A program made the translations under genes and the position numbers. Under the pieces are notes generated by a model. It had not been told where the DNA came from. It made no database searches and was given only the letters and a program-made list of their open reading frames with translations. DNA of 32,000 nucleotides. Origin: Methanothermobacter marburgensis str. Marburg (GTDB taxonomy: Archaea > Methanobacteriota > Methanobacteria > Methanobacteriales > Methanothermobacteraceae). Positions 24,664 through 32,000 of this stretch are shown piece after piece; position 1 is the stretch's first letter; every line of letters begins with the position of its first letter. The DNA lies in assembly GCF_000145295.1 (NCBI RefSeq), contig NC_014408.1, positions 60,001 through 92,000 of the forward strand, in the 5' to 3' direction.

Positions 24664-26307
24664 ATGGAAAGCGAGCTTTACGAATGTGATGTTCTCATAA
24701 TAGGCTCAGGTGGAGCCGGCTGCAGGGCAGCAATTGAGGTTTCTGAACACAAACTGACACCAATAATAGTTTCAAAGGGTTTATCATTCAAATCAGGATG
24801 CACAGGAATGGCTGAGGGCGGATACAACGCCGCATTCGCATGTGTTGATCCAGAGGACAGTCCCGATGTTCACTTTGAGGATACAATGAGGGGTGGGGGA
24901 TTCATCAACGACCCCAGACTTGTCCGTATACTTGTGGACGAGGCCCCTGACAGGCTGAGGGACCTTGAAGAATATGGCGCACTCTTTGACCGCCAGGAGT
25001 CAGGCCTCCTGGATCAGAGGCCCTTCGGAGGCCAGACCTACAGGAGGACATGCTACCATGGGGACAGGACAGGCCATGAGATGATCACGGCCCTCAAGGA
25101 GGAGGTTATAAGGAGGGACATAGAGACCATCGATGAGGTGATGATAACCTCACTCCTTGTTGAGGATGGCAGCGTCCTTGGCGCCATGGGCGTATCCATC
25201 ATGAATTCAGAGCCCGTGGCCTTCAGGGCCTCATCCACCATACTGGCATCAGGAGGGGCAGGCCACATATACCCTGTGACCTCCAACACCATGCAGAAGG
25301 GTGGTGATGGCTTTGCAATCGCCTGGAAGGCGGGGGCTGACCTCATAGACATGGAACAGGTCCAGTTCCACCCCACAGGCATGGTCTACCCTGAGTCACG
25401 GAGGGGGGTCCTTGTGACGGAGGCCGTGAGGGGTGAGGGCGGCATACTCCTCAACAGTGAGGGTGAACGGTTCATGGGCCGCTATGACCCCCGCGGGGAA
25501 CTTGCAACAAGGGACGTGGTTGCAAGGGCCATCTACACCGAGATAATGGAGGGTCGGGGAACCGAGAACGGCGGCGTCTACCTCGATGTGAGCCACCTCC
25601 CTGATGAGGTTATAGAGGAGAAACTTGAGACCATGCTACTCCAGTTCCTGGATGTGGGCGTGGATATAAGGTCCGAGCCAATGGAGGTTGCACCCACAGC
25701 ACACCACTTCATGGGGGGTGTAAGGATAGATGAGTGGGGCAGGACCAATCTCAAGAACCTCTTCGCAGCAGGTGAGGTTTCAGGAGGCGTACATGGTGCC
25801 AACAGGCTCGGAGGAAATGCCCTGGCCGATACCCAGGTATTCGGAAGGAGGGCGGGCATATCGGCTGCAAAAAACGCCATGAGTTCATCCAGGAGACATG
25901 TCAGGTCACTCATTGAGGAGGAGGAACAGAGGATAAAGGACATGGTCCGCGATGGATCCATAAGGCCGGCTGAGATAAGGGATGAACTCCACGAGGCGAT
26001 GTGGAGTGATGTTGCAATTGTGAGGAGCCGGAGGTCACTTGAATCTGCCATGTCCAGGATTTCCACGCTGATGGATAAACTGGGAGACCTTGATGTCCCT
26101 GAAACAGGAGGATTTAACAGCAACCTCCTGGAGGCCCTTGAACTTGAGAACATGCTCATAACAGCCTCACTGGTGACCCGCTCAGCCCTTATAAGGGAGG
26201 AGAGCAGGGGATCCCACTACCGGGAGGATTTCCCGGAAACACGCCCGGAATGGAAAAGGAGCATATTACTAAACAGGAAGATGGAGCCTCAGTTCATAGG
26301 GAGATGA
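24664..26307 (+). CDS. tfrA: Thiol:fumarate reductase / succinate dehydrogenase-type flavoprotein subunit
   Basis: FAD fold CDVLIIGSGGAGCRAA and the Sdh/Frd flavoprotein motifs HPTG, RGEGG and HHFMGG. The C-terminal ..RGSHYREDFP is also family-typical. The ORF-track start at 24646 (six codons longer) is the alternative. Confidence 0.85.
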   Translation: MESELYECDVLIIGSGGAGCRAAIEVSEHKLTPIIVSKGLSFKSGCTGMAEGGYNAAFACVDPEDSPDVHFEDTMRGGGFINDPRLVRILVDEAPDRLRDLEEYGALFDRQESGLLDQRPFGGQTYRRTCYHGDRTGHEMITALKEEVIRRDIETIDEVMITSLLVEDGSVLGAMGVSIMNSEPVAFRASSTILASGGAGHIYPVTSNTMQKGGDGFAIAWKAGADLIDMEQVQFHPTGMVYPESRRGVLVTEAVRGEGGILLNSEGERFMGRYDPRGELATRDVVARAIYTEIMEGRGTENGGVYLDVSHLPDEVIEEKLETMLLQFLDVGVDIRSEPMEVAPTAHHFMGGVRIDEWGRTNLKNLFAAGEVSGGVHGANRLGGNALADTQVFGRRAGISAAKNAMSSSRRHVRSLIEEEEQRIKDMVRDGSIRPAEIRDELHEAMWSDVAIVRSRRSLESAMSRISTLMDKLGDLDVPETGGFNSNLLEALELENMLITASLVTRSALIREESRGSHYREDFPETRPEWKRSILLNRKMEPQFIGR

Positions 26308-26316
26308 GCAGGTAAG

Positions 26317-26988
26317 TTAAACCTGCTCACAAGTAATTATATCCATTATCTCAGGGCTGCGGTAGTTTCTGAAGACATGGTCAGCCCCTGCCCGTCTGAG
26401 CTCTGCCTCCCCGTACCTTCCGGCTGCTATTCCAATCTTAAGGGCACCCACATGGGCCCCGGCCATCATATCGTAGGGTGTGTCACCAAAGAGGACGATT
26501 CTTCCTGAGGCCCCCATCTCAAGTCCCCTTTTAACCGCGATTTCTGTGAGCTCCTCCCTTATGCTGCTGTCACTCCCAAAGCCCCCGAATGAGAAGTAAC
26601 CTGCAATTCCAGCCCTCTCAAGCTTCATGAAGGCTATATCCTCCAGGTTACCTGTGACAACTCCCATGCAGGCACTGCTGGATCTTAGAGCCTCAAGGAA
26701 CCCCATAACACCATCTATGAGCCTTATATCATCGTACCGGATGTTTTTTCCCACATAAACTACGAGTTCATGGAGGAAGTCGTCCATCCCATCATCTATA
26801 TCCCCTGATTCCAGGCCCAGGAGGCTGAGGACCTCCCTGGCTATTGCTGGGTCTGTTTTTCCATGGTAGTCTATGAGGTCAACGGTGGCCTCAACACCGT
26901 AGACCTCCCTGAAAGCATAGCTGAATGCCTCTTCATGGACCTCTGAGCGGTGTATGAGGGTTTTGTCGATGTCGAATAGTGCGATCAT
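26317..26988 (-). CDS. HAD-superfamily hydrolase (subfamily IA-like phosphatase)
   Basis: Motif I FDIDKTL, motif II VVTGN, motif IV-type FGDTPYD. Confidence 0.75.
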   Translation of the reverse strand: MIALFDIDKTLIHRSEVHEEAFSYAFREVYGVEATVDLIDYHGKTDPAIAREVLSLLGLESGDIDDGMDDFLHELVVYVGKNIRYDDIRLIDGVMGFLEALRSSSACMGVVTGNLEDIAFMKLERAGIAGYFSFGGFGSDSSIREELTEIAVKRGLEMGASGRIVLFGDTPYDMMAGAHVGALKIGIAAGRYGEAELRRAGADHVFRNYRSPEIMDIITCEQV

Positions 26989-26997
26989 CTTCCCAAC

Positions 26998-28287
26998 CTA
27001 CTGTTTTGAGGTAAGCTCCTCTGCAGCACCCTCTGCAAGTTCCATGACGTATTCCTCGTCCAGCACCTTCAATTCACCCTCCAGTAGCAGAATCCTCCCG
27101 TCACATATCACCGTATCAACATCCGCGCCACTGGCAGAGTAGACGAGGTGTGAGGCCGGCTTCCTCCAGGGTGTGAGGTGGGGTCTGCGGGTGTTTAAGA
27201 CCACAATATCCGCCAACCCGCCCTCCTCTATGAGGCCAGAATTGACTCCCAGGGCCTTGGCACCATTCACTGTCGCCATCCGGAATACATCCATTGCCGG
27301 GAGTGCCGTCGGGTCATGGAGGCTGACCTTCTGGAGCAGCGAGGCGGTCTTCATCTCCTCAAACATATCCAGGTTATTGTTTGAGGCGGCCCCGTCTGTC
27401 CCGATGGAGACGTTGACGCCCCGCCCCATGAGTTCAGGTACAGGTGAGATGCCTGATGCCAGTTTCATATTGCTTGAGGGGTTGTGTGAGACCTTCACCC
27501 CTCTCTCTGAGAGGATCTCCATTTCATTTTCTTTCAGCCAGACGCAGTGGGCTGCCACGGTCCCCGGCCCAAGGACACCTGTCGAATCCAGGTACTCAAC
27601 AGGGGACATTCCGTGGGCCTCTGAGACCTCCCTGACCTCATTTTCTGTTTCAGATACGTGGATATGGATACCAACACCGTGTTCAGCTGCCAGTCGAGCG
27701 GTTTCTCGGAGGAGTTCCTCTGAGCAGGTGTAGGGGCTGTGGGGCCCAAGGGCAACCTTTATGCGTCCATCTGCCATTCCGTGGCATTCACGGATTATCC
27801 TGAGGCTCTCCCTGATTTCAGCCCGCATTTTATCATCATCCCCAAGGTCTATCATCCCGTGACTTAGAACGCATCTCAGTCCAGCCTCATCCACTGCACG
27901 GGCCACGTCATCCATGTAGAAGTACATGTCATTGAAGGCTGTTGTACCTGACCTTATCATCTCCACACATCCAAGGAGTGCCCCTGCATGGCAGTACTCC
28001 CCGTTGAGGTGGGCCTCGGCTGGCCATATGTGGTCATTCAGCCACCTGTCAAGGGGGAGGTCATCTGCCATACCCCTGAACAGTGTCATTGAGAGGTGGG
28101 TGTGTGTATTCACAAGACCCGGGATTAGGAGTTTTCCGTGGCCATCAATGACGGTGTCAGCGTCACCGGGACTCAGGGCGTCTGAAACCTCCTCTATGGT
28201 GTTACCCTCAATCAGAACCGATCCCCTGCGGGGGCCTGCTGCGTCGAGGACCTGGGCGCCATGTATCAGTATGCTCTCATTCTCCAT
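26998..28287 (-). CDS. mtaD: Amidohydrolase: 5'-methylthioadenosine/S-adenosylhomocysteine (5'-deoxyadenosine) deaminase type
   Basis: PGLVNTHTHLSMTLFRGMADDLPLDRWL, ..HIHVSET.. and ..GTDGAASNN are hallmarks of the MtaD/DadD subgroup. A perfect GGTGATCC SD lies before ATG 28287. Confidence 0.8.
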   Translation of the reverse strand: MENESILIHGAQVLDAAGPRRGSVLIEGNTIEEVSDALSPGDADTVIDGHGKLLIPGLVNTHTHLSMTLFRGMADDLPLDRWLNDHIWPAEAHLNGEYCHAGALLGCVEMIRSGTTAFNDMYFYMDDVARAVDEAGLRCVLSHGMIDLGDDDKMRAEIRESLRIIRECHGMADGRIKVALGPHSPYTCSEELLRETARLAAEHGVGIHIHVSETENEVREVSEAHGMSPVEYLDSTGVLGPGTVAAHCVWLKENEMEILSERGVKVSHNPSSNMKLASGISPVPELMGRGVNVSIGTDGAASNNNLDMFEEMKTASLLQKVSLHDPTALPAMDVFRMATVNGAKALGVNSGLIEEGGLADIVVLNTRRPHLTPWRKPASHLVYSASGADVDTVICDGRILLLEGELKVLDEEYVMELAEGAAEELTSKQ

Positions 28288-28295
28288 AGGATCAC

Positions 28296-28323
28296 CTTAT
28301 AACTTATAAGTTTTAACTTATAA
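28296..28323. promoter_or_regulatory. Three CTTATAA heptamers (two tandem, third 7 nt later) in the mtaD/hisG divergent control region
   Basis: Copies at 28296-28302, 28303-28309 and 28317-28323. They include the 10-bp perfect palindrome ACTTATAAGT (28302-28311). A TATATA element at 28346-28351 lies nearby. Confidence 0.4.
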
Positions 28324-28447
28324 TCTGGGATGAATCTAAAGCTATTATATAGGTTCCTTAAAAAGAGATATAAGTGATGTGATTCTGCAGATGAGATACT
28401 GATGTGTACGGCATTCACAGTAAATATTTGAGTCATCGAGGGATTGA

Positions 28448-29311
28448 ATGAAGATAAGAATAGCGGTTCCCTCAAAGGGAAGGATAAGCGAACCTGCAAT
28501 AAGGCTACTTGAAAATGCAGGTGTGGGGCTGAAGGATACAATTAACAGGAAGCTATTTTCAAAGACGCAGCACCCCCAGATCGATGTCATGTTCAGCAGG
28601 GCAGCCGATATACCCGAATTCGTTGCAGATGGGGCGGCTGACCTTGGTATCACAGGGTACGACCTCATAGTGGAGAGGGGGAGTGAGGTTGAAATCCTTG
28701 AGGACCTCAACTATGGGAGGGCCAGCCTGGTCCTGGCAGCACCTGAGGACTCCCCCATCGATAAACCAGAGGACATACCCGACGGTGCGGTCATAGCAAC
28801 AGAGTTTCCCAGAATAACAGAGGACTACGTCAGGAAAAGGAACATAGGGGCCGAGATAGTTGAACTCACAGGTTCCACAGAGATAGCACCCTTCATAGGG
28901 GTGGCGGACCTCATAACTGACCTCAGCAGCACCGGCACCACACTCCGGATGAACCACCTCAAGGTCATTGACACACTCCTTGAGAGTTCAGTGAAACTCA
29001 TAGCAAACCCTGAAAGTTACAGACGCAAGGGGCAGCTGATAGAGGAGCTCAGAACAGGTATACGGGGAGTTATAGATGCAGAGGGCCGTAGGCTCGTAAT
29101 GCTGAACATAGACCGGGAAAACCTGGATCGTGTGAGGGCACTCATGCCAGGGATGACAGGACCCACGGTCTCTGAGGTTCTATCGGATAACGGTGTTGTG
29201 GCTGTCCACGCGGTTGTGGATGAGAAGGAGGTCTTCAACCTGGTGAACAGGCTCAAGTCCGTGGGGGCAAGGGACATACTGGTTGTGCCAATTGAGAGGA
29301 TAATCCCCTGA
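28448..29311 (+). CDS. hisG: ATP phosphoribosyltransferase (long form)
   Basis: MKIRIAVPSKGRISEPAIRLLENAG.., ..TGYDL.., ..LSSTGTTLRMN and a C-terminal regulatory domain (287 aa). Confidence 0.9.
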   Translation: MKIRIAVPSKGRISEPAIRLLENAGVGLKDTINRKLFSKTQHPQIDVMFSRAADIPEFVADGAADLGITGYDLIVERGSEVEILEDLNYGRASLVLAAPEDSPIDKPEDIPDGAVIATEFPRITEDYVRKRNIGAEIVELTGSTEIAPFIGVADLITDLSSTGTTLRMNHLKVIDTLLESSVKLIANPESYRRKGQLIEELRTGIRGVIDAEGRRLVMLNIDRENLDRVRALMPGMTGPTVSEVLSDNGVVAVHAVVDEKEVFNLVNRLKSVGARDILVVPIERIIP

Positions 29312-29321
29312 GGTGTTATCA

Positions 29322-30092
29322 ATGAAGTTCCTCCGGTTTTCAGATGGCGGAAGGGTTCTCTGCGGCTTTACAGATGGAGAGAAGGTATTTCAGGTTGAAA
29401 GTGATCACTACCTCCTTGAAGACCCTGAGGTTATCTCGGAACATAATATGGGGGACGTGAAGATCCTCCCACCGGTTTCACCCTCAAAGGTCATATGTGT
29501 GGGTCTCAACTACAGGGACCACGCAGCTGAACTTGGAATGGACATACCTGATGAACCCGTCATATTCCTCAAGCCACCAACAGCGGTCATAGGCCATGGA
29601 GATGCAATAGTCTACCCTGCAATGTCCTCGGAGGTTGACCATGAGGTTGAACTTGCAGCGGTTATATCAGAAAGGGTGAGGTGCGTTGATTCAGAGGAGG
29701 CGGATGAATTCATAGCAGGCTACACGGTCCTCAATGATGTAACTGCAAGGGACCTCCAGAGGCGTGACGGCCAGTGGACCCGTGCAAAAAGCTTTGACAC
29801 CTTCTGCCCCATAGGGCCATTCATAGAAACTGATATCAGACCCAGCAACCTCGACATATCCCTTGAACTCAATGGAGTACTCAGGCAGTCATCCAGCACA
29901 TCAAACATGATATTCACCGTCCAGGAACTGGTTGAGTTCATATCAGAGATCATGACACTGGAGCCCGGAGATATCATTGCAACCGGCACACCACCCGGCG
30001 TCGGAGAGATGAAACCAGGAGACACCGTAAGGGCCACCGTTGAGGGTGTGGGAACACTTGAAAACAGGGTTGAATCTTCAGATATCCAATGA
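29322..30092 (+). CDS. Fumarylacetoacetate hydrolase (FAH)-family protein
   Basis: VICVGLNYRDHAAE, HEVELAAVI, RDLQ...W.RAKSFDTFCPIGP and GDIIATGTPPGVG. GAGGTG SD (29310-29315) lies 6 nt before ATG 29322. The ORF-track GTG at 29313 sits inside the SD. Confidence 0.85.
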   Translation: MKFLRFSDGGRVLCGFTDGEKVFQVESDHYLLEDPEVISEHNMGDVKILPPVSPSKVICVGLNYRDHAAELGMDIPDEPVIFLKPPTAVIGHGDAIVYPAMSSEVDHEVELAAVISERVRCVDSEEADEFIAGYTVLNDVTARDLQRRDGQWTRAKSFDTFCPIGPFIETDIRPSNLDISLELNGVLRQSSSTSNMIFTVQELVEFISEIMTLEPGDIIATGTPPGVGEMKPGDTVRATVEGVGTLENRVESSDIQ

Positions 30093-30139
30093 AAGCCAGC
30101 ATCTGATAAAATAAGCGTTATAATCCCCAAGCCATTATA

Positions 30140-30190
30140 TTAATTTTTTCAATAAAGGGCCAGGTACTGAATAAACAAAAAAACAAAATG
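30140..30190. terminator. Bidirectional oligo-T termination region (FAH gene / leuS)
   Basis: T6 at 30144-30149 for the plus-strand gene. A7 at 30177-30183 reads as T7 on the minus strand, 20 nt after the leuS stop. Confidence 0.5.
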
Positions 30191-30202
30191 TCCCCTTTAA
30201 CC

Positions 30203-32000
30203 TCATGTCTCAAGGTATATTGCGGGTTTAAGGGGAACAGCATTTTTGGCCTTGTTTTCAGGGTCGTAGTCCGCATCACGGTGGATCACCACATCGGCCC
30301 CCACCTCTGATTTTATGTAGTCACTGGCATCAACCAGTACACTGTACTCGTCCACCTCAACAACCTCAGATTTACCTGCATCCCGGAGGATCCTCCTCAC
30401 GAATTCTGAGACCTCCTTCATGTTGCTGTGGACTTTGGAGGCTGAAACCCGCCCCATTATGGCACCCATATCCGGCTTTCCAACCTCAGATGCTATTCTC
30501 AGGACATCCCACTTCCAGGGTGGCGATATGTAGAGGTGCACCCTCTCAGGTCGGGCGTCCAGTATCTTCATGATCTCCTGAATATCCCTGACGGTGTTCT
30601 GGACCATCTCCTCTGCAACCTGGACCTCCCTGCTTATGGCTTCCTCCCTGAACCCGGGCCATGGGGCCTCTGATACGAAACCCTCACCACCGTATCTCTC
30701 CCACATCTCCTCGGCTGTGTAGGGAGTGAATGGTGCCATGAGCCTTATCCAGGCGCTCAGAACATGTGCAAGCACCATTTTAACCTCCACGTCCACACGG
30801 CCATCAACACGTGCCATGTAGTGGTCCACATCCTTTTTGAGGAGATATAGTGCCTCCTGCACTGCCTTACGGGTCTGGAATGACTCAAGGGCCTCTGTGG
30901 CCTCTCTTATCCTGTGGTTTAGCTGGCAGATCATCCACTTACCAGCGAAACTTTCAGGCTCAAATTCAGGAAGCTCAGACAGGGCCAGTTCGCCGTCCCA
31001 GATCTCAGATACCCTTTCACCGAATTCCCTGAACCACTCGATGCGCCTCCTGGTCCCTATAACCTCCTTCTCCCTCCAGTCAAAGTCCTGCCAGGGCTCT
31101 GCAGATGACATGAGGAACAGGCGCACAACATCTGCTCCGTGCCTCTCTATTGCATCCCGCAGCAGTATCACGTTGCCCTTGGATGAGGACATCTTGTTAC
31201 CCTCAAGGAGGCCCATTCCAAATACAACAACACCACGGGGCCAGCGGGATTCAGGGAATATGGCGGAGTGATGGAATATGTGGAATGTCAGGTGGTTGCC
31301 TATGAGGTCCTTGGCAGATAGCCTCCAGTCAAGGGGGTACCAGTAGCTGAATTCCTCCCTGAGTTCATCCCCCGCTCCGGTTTCACCAAGGAAGACACTG
31401 TCAAAGAACTCATCATCCAGTTTCTCAGGGTCCATCCCCCTCAGTTTATGGGCGATGGTGTAGTAGGCCATGTAGATGGTTGAATCGGTGAGGGGCTCTA
31501 TTATCCACCTCTCATCCCAGGGGAGTCTTGTACCGAGACCTATCCTCCTGGAGCATGCCCAGTCATTCAGCCAGTCAATGTAGTACTGGAAGTTGGCCCT
31601 CACCTCCTCGGGTATTATCTTCATGCTGGAAAGGCACCTGTGGGCCACTTCCTTCCACTCCTCATCGGAGTACTTCATGAACCACTGGTCCTCCATGAGC
31701 CTCACAACGCACCTTCCACCGCAGCGGCATATCACAGGACGCTCTGCAAACTCGTACATCTCATCGGCCAGGCCCTCAGACTTCAGTTCATCTGCTATGA
31801 CCTCACGGGCCTCTGAAACCTTCATTCCACCGTAAACAGGGATGTGGCTGCTCATCACACCCTTGGCATGTTCGACCTTGTAGAGTTCCCCTGTGGCGTC
31901 CTCAAGGCGTTCATCCTCCTGACTCTCAACCCCGAATTTCTGGATTGCCTCTGCGGCAGGGAACATTCCGTAACCCTCAACTGTGATAACATTGATGGGC
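30203..32000 (-). CDS. leuS: Leucyl-tRNA synthetase, C-terminal ~600 codons (the 5' part lies outside the window)
   Basis: The frame stays open to the window edge beyond the ORF-track Met (..PINVITVEGYG MFPAAE..). KMSSSKGN (the class I KMSKS motif) and an archaeal LeuRS-type C-terminal domain are present. Confidence 0.9.
   Translation of the reverse strand, partial: PINVITVEGYGMFPAAEAIQKFGVESQEDERLEDATGELYKVEHAKGVMSSHIPVYGGMKVSEAREVIADELKSEGLADEMYEFAERPVICRCGGRCVVRLMEDQWFMKYSDEEWKEVAHRCLSSMKIIPEEVRANFQYYIDWLNDWACSRRIGLGTRLPWDERWIIEPLTDSTIYMAYYTIAHKLRGMDPEKLDDEFFDSVFLGETGAGDELREEFSYWYPLDWRLSAKDLIGNHLTFHIFHHSAIFPESRWPRGVVVFGMGLLEGNKMSSSKGNVILLRDAIERHGADVVRLFLMSSAEPWQDFDWREKEVIGTRRRIEWFREFGERVSEIWDGELALSELPEFEPESFAGKWMICQLNHRIREATEALESFQTRKAVQEALYLLKKDVDHYMARVDGRVDVEVKMVLAHVLSAWIRLMAPFTPYTAEEMWERYGGEGFVSEAPWPGFREEAISREVQVAEEMVQNTVRDIQEIMKILDARPERVHLYISPPWKWDVLRIASEVGKPDMGAIMGRVSASKVHSNMKEVSEFVRRILRDAGKSEVVEVDEYSVLVDASDYIKSEVGADVVIHRDADYDPENKAKNAVPLKPAIYLET

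Noticed and set aside
25578-26159. 193-aa Ser-rich minus-strand ORF inside tfrA
   Set aside because: Antisense to a flavoprotein gene with unambiguous motifs, and low-complexity in composition.
27173-27733. 186-aa plus-strand ORF inside mtaD, and similar ORFs at 27926..28309, 28345..28957, 29017..29322, 29720..30130 and 30837..31271
   Set aside because: All are antisense or out of frame relative to strongly supported genes. None has an SD or a recognisable motif.
28266-28541. 91-aa minus-strand ORF spanning the mtaD/hisG intergenic region
   Set aside because: It runs through AT-rich promoter DNA and overlaps both real gene starts. The composition is implausible and there is no SD.
1-32000. 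Search for CRISPR arrays, IS elements or transposases, integrases, tRNA/rRNA genes and inteins
   Set aside because: By eye I saw no regularly spaced repeats, no transposase- or integrase-like ORFs, no tRNA-like T-arm or acceptor patterns in the spacers, and no intein-like insertions in the conserved enzymes. A covariance-model or tRNA scan would be the decisive check.

Overview
The window looks like core chromosome of a roughly 50% GC methanogenic archaeon. Several products match my memory of Methanothermobacter (Methanobacteriales) proteins: the Alba/Mth10b-type chromatin protein, O-phosphoseryl-tRNA synthetase, the thiol:fumarate reductase flavoprotein, and archaeal RibB and CTP-type RibK. 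I could not verify this by search. I call about 30 protein genes, densely packed, with GGTGAT/GGAGG Shine-Dalgarno sites, TTTATATA-type TATA boxes and oligo-T terminators. From left to right they are: a LeuA/CimA-family 3' end, a nitrogenase-like NifD/E/NflD-family protein, albA, and a 628-aa secreted repeat protein. Next come a flavodoxin-PNPOx fusion and a padR / ABC-2 exporter / PQQ-propeller operon. Then a TIM-barrel gene with a DUF1211 channel gene, and a co-directional run of DsrE-like, 5'-nucleotidase-like, soluble P-type-ATPase-like HAD, DUF1156/COG1743 DNA methylase, LysE and ocd-like genes. After that come gatA with a domain-permuted CbiA/CobQ-like amidotransferase, then sepS-ribK-ribB-kaiC-like, tfrA, HAD-mtaD/dadD, hisG, a FAH-family gene and the leuS 3' part. 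I found no rRNA, tRNA, CRISPR array, transposase or integrase. I see no unambiguous novel multi-gene system. The best second-look candidates are: the permuted amidotransferase coupled to gatA; the partner-less DUF1156 methylase with an internal AT-rich mosaic segment; a 21-bp tandem duplication of a gene's 3' end; a probable frameshift in the DUF1211 gene; a twin-palindrome PadR operator; and two long ORF-free spacers.
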